Below, one piece after another: positions 51,959-59,998 of a stretch of 64,000 bases of DNA. A program made the translations under genes and the position numbers. The notes beneath the pieces are model-generated. The model was not told the DNA's origin. It saw only the letters and a list, made by a program, of their open reading frames with translations, and searched no databases. Source of the DNA: an uncultured Erysipelotrichaceae bacterium (GTDB taxonomy: Bacteria; Bacillota_I; Bacilli_A; RFN20; CAG-826); assembly GCA_902802355.1 (NCBI GenBank), contig CADCLU010000011.1, forward strand, positions 313 to 64,312, given 5' to 3'. How positions within the stretch are numbered: the first letter of the stretch is position 1; each line of letters begins with the position of its first letter.

Positions 51959-52288
51959 TTATTTGGCTTTAGCCGCGCTCTTCTGAGGAGGTGCGTCTTT
52001 TAAGCGCCTTCTCCTTATCTCAAGTTGCTGTTTGAGGAACTTGGCTTCTAGTTCTTTATGCTTCCTATGTTCCTCTTCTTTTTGCTTCGCTACTTCTTCG
52101 AAATGCACTTTGACCTTCTCTTGCATTTCGTCGTCTTTGAATTTGATAAATCCGTTATGGTAGGCAAGATCAAAAGAATAGAGCCTGCCATTACTGAGCT
52201 GGAGGTATTGTCCGTCTATGTTCATGATGGTGAGTGTCATGCCTTCTGAGGTGATAACCTTTTGGCCAACGATTGTGTTGATATCCAT
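51959..52288 (-). CDS. Hypothetical protein (small beta-rich N-domain plus Lys/Glu/Arg-rich helix)
   Basis: 109 aa. GGAGG SD. No family recognised. Confidence 0.5.
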   Translation of the reverse strand: MDINTIVGQKVITSEGMTLTIMNIDGQYLQLSNGRLYSFDLAYHNGFIKFKDDEMQEKVKVHFEEVAKQKEEEHRKHKELEAKFLKQQLEIRRRRLKDAPPQKSAAKAK

Positions 52289-52440
52289 AAGTATCCTCCA
52301 ATCCTATAGCGTCGGAAAAATGCACCTTATACCGCTCATCCGCTAACTTCCGAGCGGTTAATGTATGTTTCCTTTATTACATAATACCTCATTTTTTGCC
52401 TAAATTGTAAGAAATCGGAAAAAGGTCGATTAGAGCAAAC

Positions 52441-52463
52441 AAAAAGCGACCCAAGCGGGCCGC
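52441..52463 (-). terminator. Intrinsic terminator
   Basis: The minus strand reads GCGGCCC-gcuu-GGGUCGC followed by U5. The G-U pair makes it minus-specific. Confidence 0.65.
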
Positions 52464-52479
52464 TCAAGTTAATTTGTTA

Positions 52480-52878
52480 TCACGCAACAGCAACGGCCCA
52501 TAGAACAACTCGAATGACTGTGGCCACACAAGCGGCAGTGAAAAGGCCTCCGTAAACAAAACCAATAATTGAGATCGGTTTAGATGAACTCTTGGTTAGC
52601 ATTGCGAAGGAAAGCGGGGCAAAGACAGCGGAAACCAAAACGATAATGACGCAGCCGCCTAAGAACGGAAAAGACAAGAAGATGATGGCCAGGATAGCAG
52701 CAAACACAGTGCCTCCATCACCGCTTTCAGAAGCGGAATCAACTATCTCTTTGAAGTTAATGCTCCAAAAGAACACAGAGACATAGGCGACGATGATAAG
52801 CGCAAGCGTAGCTATAACAAATAAAGGTATGCGCGACTTCTCAGAAGGCTTCTTTTCTTCTTCGATTATTTCTTCCAT
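52480..52878 (-). CDS. Small 4-TM membrane protein, unknown function
   Basis: 132 aa. Acidic N-terminus followed by four hydrophobic segments. Confidence 0.55.
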   Translation of the reverse strand: MEEIIEEEKKPSEKSRIPLFVIATLALIIVAYVSVFFWSINFKEIVDSASESGDGGTVFAAILAIIFLSFPFLGGCVIIVLVSAVFAPLSFAMLTKSSSKPISIIGFVYGGLFTAACVATVIRVVLWAVAVA

Positions 52879-52932
52879 GGATAAACTCCTTTGGTGTTGT
52901 CTTTAGTTTACAGCGCTTGACCAAAAAATAAA

Positions 52933-52963
52933 GAAAAAGGGGGTTTTGTAAGAAATAACCCCC
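52933..52963 (-). terminator. Intrinsic terminator of the large repeat-protein gene
   Basis: GGGGGTT-N11-AACCCCC followed by T5 on the minus strand. Confidence 0.7.
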
Positions 52964-52992
52964 GCAAATCCCTTATAAAATCAAATAAGTTG

Positions 52993-55485
52993 TTAATGCA
53001 TTTCGTTGAATATCGCAGTAAAGGTTAAGGTTCCTCCGGCATAGTCACTGGCATCGAATTCGTACATATCTTCAAAGTAGATGTCGGTGTCTGTTTCTGA
53101 GCAGTGCCATCCATAGAATTCCATTATTCCGCCTTCTTCTTCAGGCTCCGGTGCTTCAGGAGTATCTCCTGAATAGTAGATACCCGTTGTGGCTTCTTGA
53201 TATTCGTCTTGGAGAAGCGTTCCGTCCCAGTTGTAGAAGATTGTGCGAACAGACTCGGCGTAAGTAGTGAAGATCATGTAAATGTCCATGTCCTCGGTAA
53301 TCGTGAATTCCTGGTCGGTCTCAATAGTGTTGCCGTTTGCGTCTTCGAAATGATCGAGCTCATAGCAGCCGTTTGAGTCCGGTTCTTTCCAGAAGTCTTC
53401 GCTGCCGACATCGCTTCCATCGATGCTCCACGTCTCACCATAGGTGGTAGAAGAATAATACATTGCGCTTTGACCATCATAGAACGTGACTGTGTACAGT
53501 CTCTCTTCTTCAATGAAGCAAGCGTAGTACCAGGCGTCTTCTGTAACGGATGGGAATTCACGTAATCCGTGAGTGCCATTAGGCACGGTGTCCCATCCAA
53601 CGAAGATATATTGGATGGTCTCCGTTGGTTCTTTCTGAAGATCGTCGTAAGGATAGTAAACCTCATCGCCAGAATAGGCGTATTGGGTGGCTAATACTTC
53701 GGTGCCGTCTTCATTGAGGAAGGTAACCGTGTATTCGCCTTCGACATATGTCGCGGTGAACGTTAAAGTCTGTCCACCATAATTCGATGCATCAAGCTCA
53801 TACATCTCGTTGTTGGTTATCAATCGGTTATCCATCTCTTCGCAGGTCCATCCAAGGAAGATGTACTTCGGATCGTCGGCAGTCGGACCTTCTCTTGTAA
53901 GAAGCGAATAGTCGTAATAGATGCCGTAATAGGCCATCTGATAATTGTCTTGGAGAACGGTTCCATCGTAATCAAGGAAGATCGTATGGACGGATTCGGC
54001 GGTGACTACGTATGTGGCATAGATCTCCAAATTATCCGTAATGGTTATCTCATCATATTCAAAGATGATGTTGCCGTTAATGTCTTCGTAGTGATCGAAG
54101 CTGTAGCAGCCGTTCTCATCCGCTTCTTTATAGTGGTCGTAGCCGGCGGCTTGGCTTTCTTGGATGCAGAAGGTTTCTCCGTAAGGTACCTCTACTTGCA
54201 AAATGGTATAGTCACCATCATAGATGGTTACGGTGTAAATCTTTTCACCAAAGACAGCGTAGTAGTCTCTGTCTTCGAAGGCGTACATCTCACCATCATA
54301 TGGCTCTCCTCCGACTGAGTTCGCCCAGCCTAAGAAGTAGGTTTTGGTATCACTGCTTCTTCTATCGGCTTCCTCATCGAGGTTTGTTTCGCCTGCATAG
54401 AAGACCTGTTCACCATATGGGATTGTTTGAGTGTCCCAAAGGACGGTGCCGTCATCGTTATAGAAGTTGAAGGTGACGTAGGTTACAGGAGCGCTGTAAG
54501 CATAGTTCTTCTGGAAATATGGCTTCGCAGAAGGCTCTCCGTTGTATGTGCTTGTCGCGTAAATGGCTAAAGTGAGTCCATTATCACCGCCTTCAAGTCC
54601 ACCGACATAGAAGGATTGGGTTGCACTTAAATCAGAGATCTCATAGACCCTGCTAAGCTGCTCGCGCTCTTCATCGTAATTGTCTTCGAATGGGTTGCCG
54701 CTCGCCTCGGTTATCTCAGGATATGATGAATAGTTGTCGATAATTTCGGCATAGATCGAACCTTCTTTGTAGTAATGGCCTGGATCGTCAATGCTGATTT
54801 TTCCATCAAGACACTGGGTCTCTTCGTTAAGAGAGAAGTCCGCAGTGATCACGAAGTCGGAAGCAGGAATATCGTTGGTCTTAACTCTTTCGCTGAAGAC
54901 GTCGTAGGTGTTGTCTCCGTCTATGACCGAGACGGAAAGACGGTAGGTTGTTGACGGAGTGAGGTCGGTGAATCTTCCTTCCTCAAAAGCAAAGAAACCT
55001 TCATCGTTATCTGCCATCTCTTCCTCAGGGAAATAGGATTCGAGTTTGAAGGACTGCTCATATTTCTCGAGACGATTTTCAAGAACTACGACAGCAGAGT
55101 CAGCGTTCTTGTAATTTAATTCGAAAGAATAGGAGAGGGTATTGGCCGTACTCTCGTATTTGAATTCGTTAACAGATGGAACAAAGATGGCTGAAGCGAC
55201 AACCACAACGGTGGCGGTAGCCACTGCTGCTGCAGTTCCACCGGCAACAGCTGCGCTGGTGCTGACGGCAGCAGTCGAAGAGGCGGCCGCGGTAGTCGTT
55301 GTCGTAGCCGTGGTAGTTGCTGTTTGAGCAGCGGTTGAACTCGCCGATGAGAGAGTCTCCTGCTCCTCAAGTTTTTTCGTATCTATGGAGACGTGATGGG
55401 CGTTTGCGTGACTATGAAAAGTATTGGAGCGGATTTGGCACTCCTTGTTAATTCCTCCATAGTAACGATTGGTATAGTCGCCCAT
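52993..55485 (-). CDS. Large membrane-anchored surface protein with Listeria-Bacteroides (Flg_new)-like repeats
   Basis: 830 aa. It has no signal peptide. An Ala/Thr/Ser run ends in a hydrophobic segment (residues about 47-102). Repeated Y(T)VTF..(D/E)DGT....Q...YG......P......F.GW units follow. Confidence 0.75.
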   Translation of the reverse strand: MGDYTNRYYGGINKECQIRSNTFHSHANAHHVSIDTKKLEEQETLSSASSTAAQTATTTATTTTTAAASSTAAVSTSAAVAGGTAAAVATATVVVVASAIFVPSVNEFKYESTANTLSYSFELNYKNADSAVVVLENRLEKYEQSFKLESYFPEEEMADNDEGFFAFEEGRFTDLTPSTTYRLSVSVIDGDNTYDVFSERVKTNDIPASDFVITADFSLNEETQCLDGKISIDDPGHYYKEGSIYAEIIDNYSSYPEITEASGNPFEDNYDEEREQLSRVYEISDLSATQSFYVGGLEGGDNGLTLAIYATSTYNGEPSAKPYFQKNYAYSAPVTYVTFNFYNDDGTVLWDTQTIPYGEQVFYAGETNLDEEADRRSSDTKTYFLGWANSVGGEPYDGEMYAFEDRDYYAVFGEKIYTVTIYDGDYTILQVEVPYGETFCIQESQAAGYDHYKEADENGCYSFDHYEDINGNIIFEYDEITITDNLEIYATYVVTAESVHTIFLDYDGTVLQDNYQMAYYGIYYDYSLLTREGPTADDPKYIFLGWTCEEMDNRLITNNEMYELDASNYGGQTLTFTATYVEGEYTVTFLNEDGTEVLATQYAYSGDEVYYPYDDLQKEPTETIQYIFVGWDTVPNGTHGLREFPSVTEDAWYYACFIEEERLYTVTFYDGQSAMYYSSTTYGETWSIDGSDVGSEDFWKEPDSNGCYELDHFEDANGNTIETDQEFTITEDMDIYMIFTTYAESVRTIFYNWDGTLLQDEYQEATTGIYYSGDTPEAPEPEEEGGIMEFYGWHCSETDTDIYFEDMYEFDASDYAGGTLTFTAIFNEMH
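53011..54237 (-). repeat. Two diverged copies of an about 160-codon module inside the surface-protein gene
   Basis: Residues about 417-580 (53746-54237) and about 664-825 (53011-53496) are colinear: YTVT(I/F)YDG..YGET..KE.D.NGCY..DH.ED.NGN.I....ITI(T)..IY...T.AESV.TIF...DGT.LQD.YQ..GIYY...F.GW.C.E...MYE.DAS.Y.G.TLTFTA. Confidence 0.8.
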
Positions 55486-55504
55486 AAAATGTCAGGAAAT
55501 TGTA

Positions 55505-56518
55505 TTAGTTTTCAGAATTCTGTGCAGGTTTTGCAGCAGATTTTGGGTTTTCTTTCTTTTCGGAAGGATCGCGGTAAGAAAGGGAGATCTGGTTGAATGG
55601 GATGTCGACTCCGTTGTTGACGAAGAGGAGGTAAAGCTCTCTGTTAAGAGCACGTTCAACGACGAATCTGTCTTTCTCGTCGCAATGGCAAGCAACCTTA
55701 AGATCGACGCTTGAAGCGCTTAAGGCTGAAACACCAAGGTATTCAGGATCGCCGACCATCTGAGGGATGTTGGCTTTGATCTCGTTAAGGTTCGAACGGA
55801 TAATTTCCTCAACGCGTGGAAGGTTCTCGTTGTAGTCGATGGTGATGACCGCTAAAGCGAGGGATGGGTTCTCACTGAGGTTAACGACTGTGGTGATGTG
55901 AGAGTTATTGATGGTTTTGACGTTGCCGGAAAGATCAACAATCTTGGTCGTGGTAAGACCGATTTCGGTAACGGTTCCGTAATAGTCATCGATGACGACG
56001 ATATCGCCGACTTTGAATTCGCTTTCGAAGACGATGTTAAGACCAGCGACGATGTCACTGATAAGTGACTGGGCACCAAGACCAATGATAAGAGCGATGA
56101 TGCCAGCGCTAACAAGAAGTGCGGTTGAGTTAACGCCCCAAACGGCGATAACAAGAAGGATCGAAACGATAAGGCCTGCGTAACGGGCAAATGAAGCTAA
56201 GAGGCTGAGTGTCGTCTTGGTTTTAGAGGAAACTCTTTTTGGAAGACGAAGGATGAGGTTGAGCGCGTTCGCAATGCCCATGCAAAGGCAGATGTAGTAG
56301 ATGCTGCCGAGGATGCGTGGCCAGACATCGTCGAAGCCACCGGTCATTGGGACCGAAAGATTAAGGCATGTTGCGACTCTTTCGCCTTCGTAAATGATTG
56401 TGAGAATGCTCATGACGATGACATAAGCAAGTCCAAGAAGCCATAAAATGACCCCTGCGATGAGGTTGACTCTCTGCTCTTTAGGCATCGAAAGCCATTT
56501 TTGTTTGAGGTTTGACAT
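55505..56518 (-). CDS. Mechanosensitive ion channel, MscS family
   Basis: ...GLGAQSLISDIVAGLNIVFESEFKVGDIVVID.YYGTVTEIGL..TKI... I place the start at ATG 56518 after a GGAGA SD. Confidence 0.88.
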   Translation of the reverse strand: MSNLKQKWLSMPKEQRVNLIAGVILWLLGLAYVIVMSILTIIYEGERVATCLNLSVPMTGGFDDVWPRILGSIYYICLCMGIANALNLILRLPKRVSSKTKTTLSLLASFARYAGLIVSILLVIAVWGVNSTALLVSAGIIALIIGLGAQSLISDIVAGLNIVFESEFKVGDIVVIDDYYGTVTEIGLTTTKIVDLSGNVKTINNSHITTVVNLSENPSLALAVITIDYNENLPRVEEIIRSNLNEIKANIPQMVGDPEYLGVSALSASSVDLKVACHCDEKDRFVVERALNRELYLLFVNNGVDIPFNQISLSYRDPSEKKENPKSAAKPAQNSEN

Positions 56519-56593
56519 ATAAATCTCCTGAGATAACAAAAAAATCTTACCACTATGTGGTAGAAGATTTATACATTCATTTACGCTGAATAT

Positions 56594-56616
56594 AAAAAAC
56601 CAGGCCTCGAGCCTGG
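56594..56616 (-). terminator. Intrinsic terminator of ssrA
   Basis: CCAGGC-N5-GCCTGG followed by T6 on the minus strand, 13 nt after the tmRNA CCA end. Confidence 0.75.
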
Positions 56617-56628
56617 GATTTTATTGGT

Positions 56629-57029
56629 TGGTGGAGCCGGCGAGAGTCGAACTCGCGTCCGAAGGATCTCCAACGAGGACGCCTACAGTTTAGGCTTCGT
56701 CGGAATTTAACTAACCGCTATGACGAAGTCAAAGAGCGGAGAGCTAGACCAATTGAATTTCACCATTTCCCTCTAGTCAAAGGTACGTGGCTATTGCCTT
56801 TGTATGATGCCCGAAACGCTTGAGAGGCACGAATCAAGCGAAGGACACGCTGCTCCTGGATCTATGCCAGGAAACCCTCAGGTTACTGATTAAGCGCAAG
56901 CGTACGAAGCGCGCATAGCACGGTTCGCATGGATATAACTGTTGTCAGTTATTGGTTTTTGATCTTAAGGTTTATCAGACCACTGCAATCCAGGCCAGAT
57001 CAATCCCCCGTCAAAACCGGAACGACCCC
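56629..57029 (-). ncRNA. ssrA: tmRNA (SsrA), 401 nt
   Basis: The 5' end is GGGGTCGTTCCGGTTTTGACGGGGG. The 3' tRNA-like end is GGACGCGAGTTCGACTCTCGCCGGCTCCACCA. The region before the resume codon (CCAATAACT|GAC AAC AGT T) resembles B. subtilis (ATATAACT|GGC AAA ACT AAC AGT T). Confidence 0.93.
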
Positions 57030-57184
57030 AACTATTTAGAACAATCCCAAGTTTGTGCTTGGGGATTTAGTATAACCAATTTTGGTCTATACGCAACTTT
57101 TTCCTTTTTCCAAACCTAAAAGGTTTAATTGTATAAACTCTGAGTTTGTTGTAGAGTTTCCTTGCGAAAAATTAGAGAACTACT

Positions 57185-58357
57185 ATGGCAAAAAGAAAAA
57201 TAAAAGCAACAACAGTCAAACCGACTCAGCAAAAAGAAAAGAAATCATCGGGCCTTTGGGCTAATATCAAATTCTTCTTCAGCACCCTCATCTCGAATGA
57301 GAGATGTATTGAAGGCGGCACTAAAAAGCCTTGGTATGCGGCCGTTATCATCGCTATCGTGGCCTGCTTGATCGCCGTTATCCCAACTATGGTTGGCTAT
57401 TTCAGCAGAAGCGGCGCCTCCTTCTTCAACTCTCCAAACTACAACCTCGACACCTCTCTCACCGATTTTGAGAAAGCTCTTAATGATGAGAATGTTTCCA
57501 TGTCGATTGCCGATGGCAAAATGACCGTCAACGAGGCCGATTGGAAGAAGATCTGCAAAGACAAGGACGGAAACGAAAGCGATCGTTACGCCCACTACTA
57601 CACCGTCAAAGAGACCAAGCTCGTCGCCGCAAGCGGTTCTTCTGAGGCCAACGTCCCAACCGCCGAAGAAGTCACCTACTGCGACCTCGTCGTCTACTTC
57701 GTCAACAACGCCAAGCTTGCCGACTCTTCCTTATTCGATTACTCCAAGAATGTAATTCTTCCGAAGAACGATCCAAATGCCGGTATCAGCACCACCGAGA
57801 CCACTTGGAGCACTAATCTCTTCGTCTTTGGCGAAGAAGGTTTCATCACCTTCAAGAAGCCTTCGGGAACCGCTTCTTATGCAGGCGCCATGCAAGGCAA
57901 ATACGACTTCGATCAAAAGTTCGATCTCAAAGATCTCTACAAACAGGACATGTATGGCAACGAGTACAAGAATGCCTATGGCACTCTCGAGCACCGCAAC
58001 GACGTCCTCGAATCCTATAAAGGATTATTCGCTGCCTCCTATGAGAGCACCAAAGTCGGCATTGCCTGGCAGTACACCGGCATCGCCTTTGCCATCAACA
58101 TCGGCATCACCTTCCTCTATGGCTTGCTCATCTTCCTCATGACCAGAGGCAAGAAAACCAATCCATTCCACATCCTCACCTTCTGGCAGACTCAGAAGAT
58201 CGCCTACTGGGAATCCCTTGCCCCTGGCATCCTTTCCCTCATTGGCTTCATCCCTTTCTTCTCCCAGTTCGCTATGTTCTTCTACCTCTTCTTAATGGGT
58301 ATGAGAACCATGTGGATGAGCACCAGACAGCTCCGTCCTCAGTACGATCAGCAATAA
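57185..58357 (+). CDS. Membrane protein, unknown function (Lys-rich N-terminus, TM, about 230-aa external domain, 3-4 C-terminal TM)
   Basis: 390 aa. No family recognised by eye. Confidence 0.6.
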   Translation: MAKRKIKATTVKPTQQKEKKSSGLWANIKFFFSTLISNERCIEGGTKKPWYAAVIIAIVACLIAVIPTMVGYFSRSGASFFNSPNYNLDTSLTDFEKALNDENVSMSIADGKMTVNEADWKKICKDKDGNESDRYAHYYTVKETKLVAASGSSEANVPTAEEVTYCDLVVYFVNNAKLADSSLFDYSKNVILPKNDPNAGISTTETTWSTNLFVFGEEGFITFKKPSGTASYAGAMQGKYDFDQKFDLKDLYKQDMYGNEYKNAYGTLEHRNDVLESYKGLFAASYESTKVGIAWQYTGIAFAINIGITFLYGLLIFLMTRGKKTNPFHILTFWQTQKIAYWESLAPGILSLIGFIPFFSQFAMFFYLFLMGMRTMWMSTRQLRPQYDQQ

Positions 58358-58366
58358 GAGAACAAA

Positions 58367-58402
58367 CAAAAAACGCCCCGCAAATCTGGGGCGTTTTCTT
58401 TT
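58367..58402. terminator. Bidirectional intrinsic terminator between convergent genes
   Basis: A6-CGCCCC-N8-GGGGCG-TTTTCTTTTT. Confidence 0.75.
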
Positions 58403-58408
58403 TGCTTA

Positions 58409-58747
58409 TTAGTCGCCGTAGTCGCTTCCGCGGCTCTTGTCTTCGACGTATATCTTTAACGGATCGGTGATGTCATGGATCTCGCGGTAGATATATCCGT
58501 CTCTCACGATGAATGGCGAATCGAAGTCTCCGGTGAAGATGACTTTTTCGTATTGGTTAACGATATCGTCGATGGCCTTCATGATTTCTTCGAAGCGTTC
58601 CGCTCTCTTCTCTTTGAAGCCAGTTAATCCAACATAGAACCAAGGCTCAACAAAGAAGAGGTGTCCTTCTTTTGTCGTGTAGGCATTGCAGAAAGGGTTC
58701 TCTTTATCGACGTATGGCGTGTATTTATCAAACTCTGGGTAAATCAT
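58409..58747 (-). CDS. Hypothetical cytoplasmic protein
   Basis: 112 aa. No motif recognised. Confidence 0.5.
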   Translation of the reverse strand: MIYPEFDKYTPYVDKENPFCNAYTTKEGHLFFVEPWFYVGLTGFKEKRAERFEEIMKAIDDIVNQYEKVIFTGDFDSPFIVRDGYIYREIHDITDPLKIYVEDKSRGSDYGD

Positions 58748-58773
58748 AACGGAAGTATTTTATCTCAAATATT

Positions 58774-59253
58774 CTATTTGTGATAAGGTTCGTTGCGGAG
58801 AATCTTGAATGAGCGGTAAATCTGCTCAAGCAAAATGACCCTAGTCATCTGATGAGTAAATGTCAGTTTGGAGAGGGTTAATGTAGCGTTTCCTCTCTTT
58901 CTCATCTCAGCGGATAAACCCAGAGAACCACCGATGACGAAGGTGATTGAAGAACCGCCGTCCCTCATCCATTTCTCTAAGCGGGAAGACAGTTCAACTG
59001 AGTCAGGTTGTTCTTTTCCTAAATCGAGGAGGACGACAAAGTCGTTAGGTTTGATTTTCGAAAGGAGCTTCGCGTTCTCTTTGTTCTTCACCTCTTCCAT
59101 CTCGGCAGGTGAATCATCTTTCGAAGAAGGGAGGTCGTCCACTTCCTCGATGTCCACTTTAGCGTATGGGGTGAGGCGCTTAAGATATTCGTTTTGGGCT
59201 TCTTTCCAATAGGTCTCTTTAAGATGACCGACGACAAGCAGTCTGATCTTCAT
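58774..59253 (-). CDS. rlmH: 23S rRNA (pseudouridine1915-N3)-methyltransferase RlmH
   Basis: 159 aa SPOUT protein, ...ITFVIGGSLGLS...LSKLTFTHQM.R..L.EQIYR... Confidence 0.92.
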   Translation of the reverse strand: MKIRLLVVGHLKETYWKEAQNEYLKRLTPYAKVDIEEVDDLPSSKDDSPAEMEEVKNKENAKLLSKIKPNDFVVLLDLGKEQPDSVELSSRLEKWMRDGGSSITFVIGGSLGLSAEMRKRGNATLTLSKLTFTHQMTRVILLEQIYRSFKILRNEPYHK

Positions 59254-59996
59254 AAATCGCCTCCTCTTACTGCCTCGTTCTGTTTGAGACAGATGATATC
59301 AATATCATAAGGCACTTCTTTCTTCTTGAAGGTCTTTCTATACGCTTCGAGAGCAAGTTCAGGGAGATTGCACTCCTCTGATAAGTGAGCGAGATAAATC
59401 TCTTTGGTCTTTGGGCCAACGAGCTCAGAGAGGTAAATAGCACTGTCGACGTTAGAGAGATGGCCTTCATCTCCTTTGATCCTTCTCTTGAGTACAGCAG
59501 GCCTATTGCTCTTCATCAACATCTTAAGATCGTGATTGGATTCCATGATGTAATAGTCCGCGTCTTTAAGATAATCGAGAGACTCCTCTGGGATATAGCC
59601 AGAGTCAGTCAGATATACGAGCTTAGTTTTTCCGGAGATGACGACATATCCAACAGGATTAGCCGCATCGTGGCTTGTCATGAATGGGATAACGCTTAAA
59701 GTGCCGATCTCAAAGGAATCGAAAGGCACGACCTCATGATCAAAAAAATCAATCGTTCCTTTTGACGCATAGATAGGGACTTTCCCTTTGTACATCGAAA
59801 GGTTTTTGATATGGTCGGTATGTTCGTGGGTAATCAAAATCCCCTGCAAATCCGATTTGTTTTTCTTAATCGACTCTAATGCAGCGGTTATTCTTCTCAT
59901 CGGAAGGCCCATATCGATTTGGATAAGAGTCTCCTCGTCAAAAAGCAAAGTGGCGTTACCTTTAGAACCACTTCCAACGACGACAAAGGAAATCAT
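59250..59996 (-). CDS. MBL-fold metallo-hydrolase (YycJ/WalJ-like)
   Basis: 248 aa. The HxHxDH motif is ITHEHTDHI. It lies upstream of rlmH, as in Bacillus. Confidence 0.85.
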   Translation of the reverse strand: MISFVVVGSGSKGNATLLFDEETLIQIDMGLPMRRITAALESIKKNKSDLQGILITHEHTDHIKNLSMYKGKVPIYASKGTIDFFDHEVVPFDSFEIGTLSVIPFMTSHDAANPVGYVVISGKTKLVYLTDSGYIPEESLDYLKDADYYIMESNHDLKMLMKSNRPAVLKRRIKGDEGHLSNVDSAIYLSELVGPKTKEIYLAHLSEECNLPELALEAYRKTFKKKEVPYDIDIICLKQNEAVRGGDL

Positions 59997-59998
59997 AT

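Noticed and set aside
55180-55347. GC-rich GCN/ACN-rich stretch that looks like a DNA-level simple repeat.
   Set aside because: It is in frame and encodes the Ala/Thr/Ser-rich anchor segment of the surface protein. It has no exact nucleotide periodicity.
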